IMG/VR virus record: IMGVR_UViG_3300035041_000007
Location: 14,284 to 78,283 of that record
From: a virus
Strand: one strand, 5' to 3'
Length of the DNA: 64,000 nucleotides
Below the pieces are notes generated by a model, which saw nothing but the letters and a program-made list of their open reading frames with translations, was not told the DNA's origin and searched no databases. Numbering within the stretch: the first letter of the stretch is position 1; the number at the start of each line of letters is the position of its first letter. The translations under genes and the position numbers were made by a program. Positions 1 to 9,672 of this stretch are shown one piece after another.

Positions 1-3000
1 AAGTATTAGACACTCCCACTTTAAAGAAGTTTTTAATATCGCATACTATATCCCCTTGAGATATATCAATACTTTTAGGCATTAAAGCATCGTGCGACCC
101 TGTAAATGGAGAATAGTCAGATCCAGAACCTGCAGCGTAAAAATTGTGATCTGAGCCGTACGCTATAAAACCGTATCTAGCTGTGGACATAACTCCCACA
201 TATCCGTCCCCATAAGTGCTTGAGTTAGTTGTTGCTCTAATAGCAATAGCTTGACTTACATGAGAGTTATAATTTTGAACCTCTACAGTTGGGTATGCAT
301 CGTCATTACTAGACTCTACCCATAAAGACCTACCTCTAGTATACTCACTATAACCTATTCTAGCTGCAGTCCTCTCGCTCGGAGAAGACCCATCATTATT
401 AGTGTCTTCTAAACCTAAACTGGCTATTGGAACTACATCATTGTTTAAATTACTGTCTCCAGAATACCCATAAACTCTTATCTTCTGAGTTCTTTCATCA
501 ATTACTATATTAGGAGCTAAAGGAATGACAGCAGTTAACTTACTAAAAGGGCCAAATGTGTCAACGGAAGATATACCATATAAGTAGTTAGAGGAGCTAC
601 TTTTACCAGTCCATTCAAAAAATTTAGGAACATCATCGTCTATAACATAGCCATTACCACTAGTTGGGAAATCTTCTACACTATTTAGGTACATGATAGT
701 ATCCCCAGCCTCTACAGGAGTAGTTATATATCCACCTTTATTTAAATGAGTAGAAGCACTTACTTGAATACCTCGTAGTACCCCCGTATTTATATTATCT
801 GCCGTGATCAATGATGCGTTAATAAACCCGCCAGATATTAGGGTATTTCCATTCGCTTGTGCGTTATCTATACTTGCCCCTAAATTCAATTGTGTTTGTG
901 TAACATCAGCATTATCGTGAGGTTTAGTTCCAGTCTCATCTCCTATTGCAGCCCATTGAGTTGGGTTTTCTACACTAATCCACGAACTACCTGACCACCA
1001 ATAAGGCTTGTTCTCGTCATTAGTATCATACCATAGATCACCTTTACCTTCTGGAGTAGGAGCAGTATCTTGATAAAAACTAACTATTTTACCATCAGCA
1101 GTAGACTGAGCAGTTGAAGCAGCACTTAATGCACTTTGTATATCATCATCTTGAACTTCTAACCAACTAGACCCTGACCATCTGAATAACTTATTTCCGT
1201 TATCTGTATCTATCCACAAATCACCAACACCCTCAGCAGTAGGGGTATTAGCCTGATAAAATGTAGTAACTTTACCATCAGCAGTTGCTTGAGCATTATT
1301 AGCGGCTGTTTGAGCATTTGTTATATCTTGTAATACTGTAGCAGCAGGTGTCCCATCTATATTATAAACATCATTGGCGGTGTTTTCGCTAGTAACATCA
1401 GCTCCATTAGCTACATTTATATCACTTCGTACCTCAGAAGCATTGCCTACATATATATTTCCACGAACTATTGCATTATTAAGTTCTGCCGTACCATCGG
1501 CATTAATACTCCACCCCTTTGTACCGGCATTATATGTATAGGAACGAATTAATGAACTTGTATGAGAACTGTCTCCAACTGTAAGATAGCTTCCCACAGT
1601 AAGATTATTAGTTAAAGTATCATCAGCTACTAAAGAGTCAGCAGCTACAGTACCTTTTACTAATAAAGATCCATCAATAGTTTCTACTACTATAGATGAC
1701 CAGTCAGTACTATAAAAAGAGTCAGTGGATACCTTTGTGTCACCTTGATAAATTCTTTGCGCTATAATATCAGGATTAGTACTGCTCTGTACAGTTACTC
1801 TATCCCCAGGCACTATATTATTATCAGGATTTTCACTAGAATCTATAACTAATTGAGCTACGCTATTTGATGTAGTATCTGTTATACTATCACTGGCCCA
1901 ATCTGAAGCAACACTATCAGAAGCTTCTATAGAATAGCTAACTCCCCCTCTTCTCCCTATATAATTCTTTGCAAAGTAAAAGTAATAAGTAGCTGCATTA
2001 GTAGTACCTTCTAAGTATACTTTAATAGGCAAATACCCACTATCTGCACTAACTGATTCAATATACGCAGTATTATCATCTTTTAAAGCCCCAGTACAAC
2101 CTACACCAGTCAATACTTCGATACTAAACTCATCGAAACCCGGAGGGTAAGGTACGGCTAATAACTCTGCCCCTTCTTTTATAACAGAAACATCTGTAAA
2201 CGCTTTACCGTTTATTCCTAATTCATTAGCTACAGGTGTTCCTTTCCAATCACAAAATATTTGCTGTGTAGATTTGGAGAGAACTATAGTATACCCTGTA
2301 GGTCCATTTCTTACTGCCTTAACAACAACTGGAGAAGACTCTAATATAGATACTTCTGTAGTACCGTCTAATTTATACGCAGTTGATACAGCAGTAATAG
2401 GAAAAGTATCGTAATTACCTAATGTTTCTGTAACCTCAAATACTCCTGAGGATACATTAGTCATGTCGTAACTATTTATGTTCCCTAATGCATCTGTTAT
2501 TTCTATACTAACCCCTTCATGGGCCGGCATGTCTGTTACAGTAGCGGTGAACCTGATACTAGGAATTGAAGGGCTACTTTCATTTATATAAGGTACTATT
2601 AAGTCAGAACTCTCTAGTAATATACTTTTATTAGGAGTTAAACTATCTTCTGTAGGTATTTCCCAATAATCTTCTTCAGTATCGACATCAGGAGCTATAA
2701 TACTCGGGTTTGTAGAGTCAAAATCTAAAGGATCATTAATAAATTTACTAGCTTCTATATTTATAGATAAATCTTTATTATATGTGACAGAGCTAATCAG
2801 AACTTTTTTAGTGTTACCATACAATTCATCATTTAACTCTAAAAAATCCCCTACTTTTACATTTAGGAGATCGTTTCTTGGAACTAGTTGAAATGACACA
2901 CTACCTTCTATATCAAACTCTTTATTATAATAAATTATTCCTAGTTTTTGAGCTACTACTGAGTCTCTTAAATAAGTCAAATCTAGTACATTTGAGGATG

Positions 3001-4249
3001 GATTACTAACATCTGATGCACTACTCTGTGTACTTTTACTCCATACTAAAGCTTCTGAAGGTCTATCTTGAGGTATATCTTCATTTAAGCTAAACTTAAT
3101 GTACCCTCCATCAGATGCTTTTATCCATGAAGGTCTAGAGCTAAAAGAGTTTTTAACTATATCTGTCCTTGTTAAGGATTTTACTACATCAGTAGAGTAT
3201 GGGTATAACTCAACCTTATCTGTAATCCTAAGTGTAGCATTGCATTGTGTTAATAATGAAGATAATCTAGCTCTTCTGTCTATTTGATTATAAAAACCAC
3301 CGTTCCAGTAAATTCCTTGACTTTCAAAAGTAGTCTTACTTGTAGCAAAAGTTCCTGCTGTATCAATTAAGCTTTCAGGTACCCCACAATCTTTTAAGAA
3401 TTTAGTGATTACATCCACAGGAGAAGCTCCAGGTGAAGTAAAAGGAAGTTCTGTAGAAGTTACTCTAGTAGGCATATCTAAAAAGAAGTCACCGTCTTTC
3501 CAGAGACCATTAGCATCTACTTCATTATCCCCATCACTATCTGCAATAATAGCCTGAAATACTTTATACCCGTCAGATATAGATTGAGGGAAGTTATAAG
3601 TGCTGTCCCAGGTTGACTGATTAGGCCATTCCTTAGGAGAAGCCACTTTATCAATCGTATAGGTAAATGAACTATCTCCTAGAGCATAGTATCTTTTTCC
3701 ATCACTAAACACTGATCTAAGAGGTATAAATGCTTTACCAAAAATTTGAGGTATAACATAATCATCTGACCTCTCAGTCTCTACTTTCCACACTTCTCTT
3801 GGGTGTAAGGTATTTGGGTGATCTCCTTCAAGATAGGTAGTAAGTATATTTTCCAAGTAAAAAGTTCCAGTTTTATAATACTGCTCTACCTTTTTAACTT
3901 TAAACTTCCATGTAGTATGTAAAGACCTATCAATCAACAGTTTTATAGTGACAGGCACAAAAGAGAACTTACTCTCTATAAGACCGTTATGTTCATCTAA
4001 TAGATCCTCTTCAAGAGATAAGTTGTAAGAATCCTCACCCTTTACTATAGCATCAGTAAATAAAACTGTAAAATTAATATCGGCTGGATGTATAATAGCG
4101 TTGGAGTCTGAGGCAGCCTCATTTATTCCACTAAAAGAGGAGGGGTCTATAATACCTTCATAGTATGTACCTTGAAACTCTGTGTCTGCGGTACTCCAAT
4201 TATATAATGTATCTTGAGTTTCTACCTCAAACAACCATTCAACTAACAT
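1..4249 (-). CDS. Large baseplate hub / central tail fibre protein, runs off the window start (>1400 aa; absent from ORF track)
   Basis: GGAG RBS then ATG at 4249 (MLVEWLFEVETQDTLYNWST...); same frame is open at 1-60 (QGDIVCDIKNFFKVGVSNT); contains repeated fibre motif DGK(V/I)xxFYQ...GDLWxDT; lies downstream of tape measure/fibre genes. Confidence 0.85.
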   Translation of the reverse strand, partial: MLVEWLFEVETQDTLYNWSTADTEFQGTYYEGIIDPSSFSGINEAASDSNAIIHPADINFTVLFTDAIVKGEDSYNLSLEEDLLDEHNGLIESKFSFVPVTIKLLIDRSLHTTWKFKVKKVEQYYKTGTFYLENILTTYLEGDHPNTLHPREVWKVETERSDDYVIPQIFGKAFIPLRSVFSDGKRYYALGDSSFTYTIDKVASPKEWPNQSTWDSTYNFPQSISDGYKVFQAIIADSDGDNEVDANGLWKDGDFFLDMPTRVTSTELPFTSPGASPVDVITKFLKDCGVPESLIDTAGTFATSKTTFESQGIYWNGGFYNQIDRRARLSSLLTQCNATLRITDKVELYPYSTDVVKSLTRTDIVKNSFSSRPSWIKASDGGYIKFSLNEDIPQDRPSEALVWSKSTQSSASDVSNPSSNVLDLTYLRDSVVAQKLGIIYYNKEFDIEGSVSFQLVPRNDLLNVKVGDFLELNDELYGNTKKVLISSVTYNKDLSINIEASKFINDPLDFDSTNPSIIAPDVDTEEDYWEIPTEDSLTPNKSILLESSDLIVPYINESSPSIPSIRFTATVTDMPAHEGVSIEITDALGNINSYDMTNVSSGVFEVTETLGNYDTFPITAVSTAYKLDGTTEVSILESSPVVVKAVRNGPTGYTIVLSKSTQQIFCDWKGTPVANELGINGKAFTDVSVIKEGAELLAVPYPPGFDEFSIEVLTGVGCTGALKDDNTAYIESVSADSGYLPIKVYLEGTTNAATYYFYFAKNYIGRRGGVSYSIEASDSVASDWASDSITDTTSNSVAQLVIDSSENPDNNIVPGDRVTVQSSTNPDIIAQRIYQGDTKVSTDSFYSTDWSSIVVETIDGSLLVKGTVAADSLVADDTLTNNLTVGSYLTVGDSSHTSSLIRSYTYNAGTKGWSINADGTAELNNAIVRGNIYVGNASEVRSDINVANGADVTSENTANDVYNIDGTPAATVLQDITNAQTAANNAQATADGKVTTFYQANTPTAEGVGDLWIDTDNGNKLFRWSGSSWLEVQDDDIQSALSAASTAQSTADGKIVSFYQDTAPTPEGKGDLWYDTNDENKPYWWSGSSWISVENPTQWAAIGDETGTKPHDNADVTQTQLNLGASIDNAQANGNTLISGGFINASLITADNINTGVLRGIQVSASTHLNKGGYITTPVEAGDTIMYLNSVEDFPTSGNGYVIDDDVPKFFEWTGKSSSSNYLYGISSVDTFGPFSKLTAVIPLAPNIVIDERTQKIRVYGYSGDSNLNNDVVPIASLGLEDTNNDGSSPSERTAARIGYSEYTRGRSLWVESSNDDAYPTVEVQNYNSHVSQAIAIRATTNSSTYGDGYVGVMSTARYGFIAYGSDHNFYAAGSGSDYSPFTGSHDALMPKSIDISQGDIVCDIKNFFKVGVSNT

Positions 4250-4324
4250 TTATTATCTCCTTTAAATTAACCTTCTATTTTTCTAATACGCTGTTAGCAA
4301 TACGTAGTACAAGTAGTTAATAAA

Positions 4325-4375
4325 TTACCAACTCGTAATCGCCACACGTTCCCACGTATCAGCCGTTAAACACAG
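4325..4375 (-). pseudogene. Remnant 3' end of an ancestral tail protein (LCLTADTWERVAITSW*)
   Basis: Alternative frame overlapping the stop of 4359-4862; resembles the common phage tail C-terminal motif CxATDTWxRVAxxxW*; no start codon of its own. Confidence 0.55.
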
Positions 4376-4862
4376 GCAACTCCGCAATCAACTCATCCAC
4401 TGTATGTATTTCCCGTGTTCCTGCTTTCACGTCAGCCAGAATACCTCTTGCAGTTGTCCACACATCTTTATTCCATTCCCACACAGAAGAGCAGAAAGCG
4501 TAATGCTCATAAGTCTCATCGTCTGCATAGCTCTTGCAGTTGTGTACGTTGTCGAAAGCCACTTCGTTGGTCTCGTTATAATTGTCTACCTCTGCTTGTA
4601 TGTATGCCGATACTGCATCTACACACTTATTACGATATTCACGTTGCTGTTGTGCCTGTAGCTGCTCGTCTAACTGCCATGAACCGTTTATGAAAACATG
4701 CGCTTCAGAAGGCTGCTGTTCAATCAACGTGCCACCATTAGCAATAAACTCTTCGTAGTCCGCCCACTCGTTGCAGTTTGGGTTTATCGCGTGGCTAATC
4801 TCTCCATCTTCGACCAGTATAACTTTGTCTGGCTTGTTTGTTGCTATGTATGTTTTTGTCAT
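4359..4862 (-). CDS. Tail fibre assembly / accessory protein
   Basis: 167 aa, RBS, directly after the Mtd-like gene; NPNCNEWADYEEFIANGG resembles tail fibre assembly proteins. Confidence 0.6.
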   Translation of the reverse strand: MTKTYIATNKPDKVILVEDGEISHAINPNCNEWADYEEFIANGGTLIEQQPSEAHVFINGSWQLDEQLQAQQQREYRNKCVDAVSAYIQAEVDNYNETNEVAFDNVHNCKSYADDETYEHYAFCSSVWEWNKDVWTTARGILADVKAGTREIHTVDELIAELPVFNG

Positions 4863-4914
4863 ATATTTTACTCCTATTTATTGCTTACCAGGCGCTCAAC
4901 AGATTGCCAGGAAA

Positions 4915-6063
4915 TCAGATTACAAAAGCGGGGCGAAACCCGACATTGCTGTACCGAAGCGACCGATCGTAAAGCAAGTTGAGAAAGAACACCCCGGCAT
5001 ACGTGCTGTGGTTCCAGTAGCCGCCGCGGATCGGGAGACGCTCTCCCACGTTGCGCACAAGTATCCTGTCGCCTCCCAGCCCGGCACCTACGGGATAGAT
5101 GCCCAGCGCGATTAGGAGTGCAGGCACTGAAACGCCTGTTTCGGCGGACAAACTCTCAAAGTACGTAATTGAGTATTCAGTTCCCGTGGATTGTGAAGTC
5201 AGGGTGGTATTTAAGATCGGCGATCCTGCGCCATTTGCGTCGGTAGCGTCATATTTCAGGGTGTCGGCTGTACCTGGTGTAACCAGAGACCCATCCTGCA
5301 AAATCGCTTTCCATTCGCTGCTAGTCGCGCTCTGGTCTTTCGTGTGGTCGGCAGCATTGTTGTCGGCAAGAATCTGAATCTCGCCGTCGTTTATCCGCAT
5401 ACCCCCTTGCCACTCCCACACATTACCGTGCATGTCGTGCACGCCGTGCATGGTGTGGTCGTGCGCCCAGGTTGCAGGGCCGGTGCCGGTGGCGGTACGT
5501 GCTGTGCCACTATCGCCGAGAATGGCAGCGGGGTCAGTAAGCCTTCCTGTCTCGTATTTGTAGTCGGCATCGCGCCCGTAGTTGTTGTTGCCATGCGGCA
5601 TGGTGCCATTCTTCCACGCCCATAATGCCAGCGCAGACCATTCAGCATTCGTGGATAGGTGCCAGCCGTTACCTTTTGCAGCACACGCAGCCAGAGCTCC
5701 ATTGAAGTCTATAAGATTGGCCGGATCGGCATCCGGCACAGATACGTAGTTACTCCCCTTCACACTTGCAAGATATTGCCCGTAATAGATAGCGTCTTTT
5801 TCTACCCCGTTTACTACGAACGCGGGGTGAACGCCCGTGCCAAGCGAAGCATCAATATCCTCAAGACGGAACTTCGGGATACGCACCATGCAGTTAGCGT
5901 CACCGAAATCATCGTAAATTATGGGGTTTCTACGCATATCTTCCATCGAATCTATGTATTTTTTATTGTAGTAATTCTTCTTATCCTCCGTAGCCATCGT
6001 ACCCAGCATACCATTGGTTGGCACATGCTCAGGCTTGCGGCCTACCTTAACTACACTGCTCAT
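4915..6063 (-). CDS. Major tropism determinant (Mtd)-like C-type lectin/FGE-fold receptor-binding protein with a DGR-type variable region
   Basis: Motifs WHLSTNAEW, DMHGNVWEW, RGGYW...NVGFRPAF; GC-richer than flanks. Confidence 0.85.
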   Translation of the reverse strand: MSSVVKVGRKPEHVPTNGMLGTMATEDKKNYYNKKYIDSMEDMRRNPIIYDDFGDANCMVRIPKFRLEDIDASLGTGVHPAFVVNGVEKDAIYYGQYLASVKGSNYVSVPDADPANLIDFNGALAACAAKGNGWHLSTNAEWSALALWAWKNGTMPHGNNNYGRDADYKYETGRLTDPAAILGDSGTARTATGTGPATWAHDHTMHGVHDMHGNVWEWQGGMRINDGEIQILADNNAADHTKDQSATSSEWKAILQDGSLVTPGTADTLKYDATDANGAGSPILNTTLTSQSTGTEYSITYFESLSAETGVSVPALLIALGIYPVGAGLGGDRILVRNVGERLPIRGGYWNHSTYAGVFFLNLLYDRSLRYSNVGFRPAFVI

Positions 6064-6483
6064 TTACGCACCTCCTATTACGCCGAAGCGTTGCGGGGGA
6101 GTTACTTGTATTTGGTTGCCTTCTCCGTCATCTATCATGTAGGGAGCGGTTGAGTAGACGGATTCGTACTTGTCGTTAAGGGAGGTGTCGTTGAAGATAG
6201 TGGAGTAAAGAGTATCTGCTGTACCCTTGCCTGTGAACGGTGCTTCCGCTAATACCTCTACACCTTCCATGCTACGCCATTGAGTTGCTTCTTCGTCAGT
6301 TAATCTAAGATAAGCCAACATGGAGTTACCGTTTATTGCCGCTGGTGTGCGGGCTATTCCGGTAACTACTGGAGGTTGGGCAATAGTGCCGTCCTCGTTC
6401 TTTTTTAATAGGTCAGGGTAGTTTGTAGCTAAGTAATCTGTGAAAGTTGGGAAGTCCTGTATGTATATAATTGCGTCAATCAT
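6064..6483 (-). CDS. Hypothetical tail-associated protein
   Basis: 139 aa, RBS, abuts tail fibre and Mtd-like genes. Confidence 0.6.
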   Translation of the reverse strand: MIDAIIYIQDFPTFTDYLATNYPDLLKKNEDGTIAQPPVVTGIARTPAAINGNSMLAYLRLTDEEATQWRSMEGVEVLAEAPFTGKGTADTLYSTIFNDTSLNDKYESVYSTAPYMIDDGEGNQIQVTPPQRFGVIGGA

Positions 6484-9267
6484 TTATTCCTCCGTGGTTA
6501 GGGCGATAAGGTTGTTATCGGTTAGGGCTTTGGGATAGTAGGATAGGTGTCGGATGTGGCCGTTGAGTTGGTTACTTCCCACCTTACTACCAATTTCTAA
6601 AGCTGTTAATCCTTGAGGTATTCCAGTAGGGATATCGGTCTGCAAACCTTCAACATTCCCAACAACACTAAATAAATCATTTGTAACCTTAAAGGCAATA
6701 TTCCTCACCTGTCCTGCTGTTCCACTAGTTGATGTTATATACACATCGCCAGCATTATTATATTCAGAGCTTAGGTATCTTTTATACCCTCCACGAAGTT
6801 GTAACAAGATTGCGCTAGTTTGAACATTATGGTCACTCAGAACTACAAGATTTTGATAATTATCAGAATCAAAACTTGATGCCTCAACAACAACCGTCCC
6901 CTCTTGCTGATTATAAAAATCACTGAAGTCAGTGCCATCAATATAAGCCACATCCGCTGCACGAGTCGTAGCCGTTGATGTGCTGATGTCTGCTGCACGG
7001 GTTACTGGTGCTGAGGTTGTTGGGATGTAGGAAGTTGGGCGGTCGCCTTCTTCGAGTTGGGCTCCCCAGATGTATAAACCTGAAGTGCCGTCTCCGGCAT
7101 AGCCAGACAATGAATTTGAATTAAAAACATACGCGATAAATTCACCTGTATCTGTAGCATCGGCAGTTAATACAACAGCACAGCGATACCATCCATCAGA
7201 GACACTTTCTATCAGTACATCATCAACACTGTTTGTTATGCCTATTGTACCGTTTGTTAAATCGAAATAAGCATAATCTGGGTAAATAAATCCAGCACCG
7301 GCTCCAGAAATTCTTAAGTAGTCGTATTCTCCTTTTTTAGCAAAAATAGATAGAGAGTATTGTACACCAAGAGTTACAGATGAAACCGTTTGGAGAGTCT
7401 TATGTGTAGCATCTACTGTCGATGCTATCAGTTTATCGGCTGTAGTTGTACCGTCAGGTGCAGTAACAGCGTTGGGGGTGATAGTTGCGCTTGCTTTAGT
7501 CCAATCCGCATGATCGAACTGCTCAGAATAAGTAAGCAAATTAGTCGAACTATCCTCAAGCAACAATTTAGGAGGAGCGGTTAAGTCAGCGGGGTTGTAG
7601 TTATACCTCGGCTCGTCTATACCAGCTATTTGTATATACCCGTTGCTATCATAATATAGTGCTGTAGAAGCACGAGAGGTGAAGGATATGTCCGAAGGTA
7701 TATAGGGTGAAGGGGAGGAGCCTTCTTCTAGTTGGGCTCCCCAGATGTAGATGCCTGATGTTCCATCACCTGTGTAAACTCGATTGTCACCTGCAGAGCT
7801 TATTAAGTTAACTCTTGCTTTATGCTCTGTACATGCTGCTGTAGTTGTATAAGTAACCCAACATCTACGCCAACCATCAAGGAGTATGTCCATCCCTGCG
7901 TTTGTTATAAGTACATTAGTTGTTGCTAGTGGCCCAACATTTAAATCAAATGTGATAGCAGATGTTGCACTAATCTCCCCAATATGTACAGGTCGGATTT
8001 CCACATAATCACCAGAGTTACCCTTCTTAACGTATAACGACTTGGTAAATGTTCCCTCAGTTTGTGTCAGTATCTGCTCCATATAATGTTCTGCATTGTC
8101 AGTATTAGCAACCAGCTTATCTGCTGTCAACGTCCCATCTGGAGCAACTGCTGTGTTTGGTACTACAGCTGCTTCTTTTTTAGTCCAAGCCGCATTCCCA
8201 AAGTCCTCACTATAAGTAAGTAAATTAGTCCTGCTCTCCCAGATACTAAGTCCTTTACACTCGCCTGTCACAGGGTCGTGGTCGATAGTAGGTTCGTCTA
8301 CATCTGCGTAGCAGAGCCTACATTTGTGGTCGTAGTAAGACTTATTAGATGCACGACTAAAGGTGATACGTGGGTCTATCTCTTTGCTGTAGAAGTCGAG
8401 TAAGAGAGATGGGCGAATGCTAGGGTATTCGAGCATCCCGTACATAGCCAACCAATCACTAGATGATGTTGTGGGTTCGCTAGTTGTTATGTCGGTTAGG
8501 TTATTTAATAAAGTCCACATTATACCGTTATGGTAGACGGATGCTGGGATTGAGAGAGAGCCTGTTAGGTTACTCCAGATACCTGCGTAGTTAGCAGAAG
8601 AAGCTGCTGCCTGTTCTGATTGGCTTGCGGAAGTAGCAGAAGCAGCAGCATTAGACTCACTAATTGATGCGTTATTAGCGGAAGTTGCAGCATTAGATGC
8701 ACTGGTAGCGGCGCTAGAGGCACTAGAGGCTGCATTGGATTCACTTGTTGCTGCGTTACTAGCAGATGTTGCAGCGTTGGATTCGCTAGTCGATGCCGCG
8801 CTGGCTGAGTCTTCTGCTTTAGAGGCCCAATGATAGGAAGAATATTCATCTACTTCGTTACCTTCAGGCACTAGTTGGTCTTCAGGGTATTGTGCCCAAT
8901 TGTAGGATTCTGTAGCGCTTTCATAAGCTTCAGCATAGGGGTTAGCAAAAGGTATCCTTTCCCATACACTACCTGTAAATATTATTATATCTCGTGCTAC
9001 CCAAGTAGAGTTACCGTCTATAGTAGTAGTACCTTCAACTGATACAATATAGTACCTACCATTAGAACCTACTCCCGATGAGATAGTAGGTGTATTAGTA
9101 GAAGCATCCCAAGTACCTGCAAATTGTAATTCTCCGGAAACCTTCCCGGTAATATAAGCATAGGATACTTGCTTTATATTTTCTTCATCTTTATCAAATA
9201 ACAATAATGTATCTTCATTAGAAGGGTCAGTTGTTAATATAGGATAATAATTAAATTTCTTACTCAT
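6484..9267 (-). CDS. Mosaic tail fibre protein
   Basis: Stf-like ASxSExNAAxSA repeats; two tandem TNLLTYSE...YIWGAQLEEG...YIP carbohydrate-binding-like modules; LamG-like C-terminus. Confidence 0.85.
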   Translation of the reverse strand: MSKKFNYYPILTTDPSNEDTLLLFDKDEENIKQVSYAYITGKVSGELQFAGTWDASTNTPTISSGVGSNGRYYIVSVEGTTTIDGNSTWVARDIIIFTGSVWERIPFANPYAEAYESATESYNWAQYPEDQLVPEGNEVDEYSSYHWASKAEDSASAASTSESNAATSASNAATSESNAASSASSAATSASNAATSANNASISESNAAASATSASQSEQAAASSANYAGIWSNLTGSLSIPASVYHNGIMWTLLNNLTDITTSEPTTSSSDWLAMYGMLEYPSIRPSLLLDFYSKEIDPRITFSRASNKSYYDHKCRLCYADVDEPTIDHDPVTGECKGLSIWESRTNLLTYSEDFGNAAWTKKEAAVVPNTAVAPDGTLTADKLVANTDNAEHYMEQILTQTEGTFTKSLYVKKGNSGDYVEIRPVHIGEISATSAITFDLNVGPLATTNVLITNAGMDILLDGWRRCWVTYTTTAACTEHKARVNLISSAGDNRVYTGDGTSGIYIWGAQLEEGSSPSPYIPSDISFTSRASTALYYDSNGYIQIAGIDEPRYNYNPADLTAPPKLLLEDSSTNLLTYSEQFDHADWTKASATITPNAVTAPDGTTTADKLIASTVDATHKTLQTVSSVTLGVQYSLSIFAKKGEYDYLRISGAGAGFIYPDYAYFDLTNGTIGITNSVDDVLIESVSDGWYRCAVVLTADATDTGEFIAYVFNSNSLSGYAGDGTSGLYIWGAQLEEGDRPTSYIPTTSAPVTRAADISTSTATTRAADVAYIDGTDFSDFYNQQEGTVVVEASSFDSDNYQNLVVLSDHNVQTSAILLQLRGGYKRYLSSEYNNAGDVYITSTSGTAGQVRNIAFKVTNDLFSVVGNVEGLQTDIPTGIPQGLTALEIGSKVGSNQLNGHIRHLSYYPKALTDNNLIALTTEE

Positions 9268-9671
9268 GGTTTAATCCCTTCTACTCTCAAAGTTATTGAG
9301 CTTATAGTTCTATAATCACATATATTCCCCCGTTGAACTCTAGTTAAAGGAGTCATAAATCTAACAGTGTAGGTATACCCGTCGGATGGATGTACCCAAT
9401 AGAAAGTTTTTTCTCGTCCATTAGCTTTAGTATAAGACACCCATAAACTTTCTATAAAAGAAGTTTCGGTTAATGTTAAAATTTCCCACTCAAGTGAAAT
9501 ATCAAAGAAAATATTTTTTGAAAATGTGGTAACATTAACAGTGCCGTCGTCAGCTTCATATAAGTTTTGAATTCTATTAGCAGAGTCACTTAAAGTCCGC
9601 TGAGGAACTATATTAAGTTCCTCAGCGGTATAATCTGCTTCTATAATATTTAAATAGTCTCCCATTGCCAT
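9264..9671 (-). CDS. Minor/distal tail protein
   Basis: 135 aa immediately after tape measure; TFYWVHP...YTVRF resembles distal tail proteins. Confidence 0.55.
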   Translation of the reverse strand: MAMGDYLNIIEADYTAEELNIVPQRTLSDSANRIQNLYEADDGTVNVTTFSKNIFFDISLEWEILTLTETSFIESLWVSYTKANGREKTFYWVHPSDGYTYTVRFMTPLTRVQRGNICDYRTISSITLRVEGIKP

Positions 9672-9672
9672 A

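Noticed and set aside
4404-6153. Plus-strand ORFs over the Mtd cassette
   Set aside because: Antisense shadows of well-supported genes in GC-richer DNA
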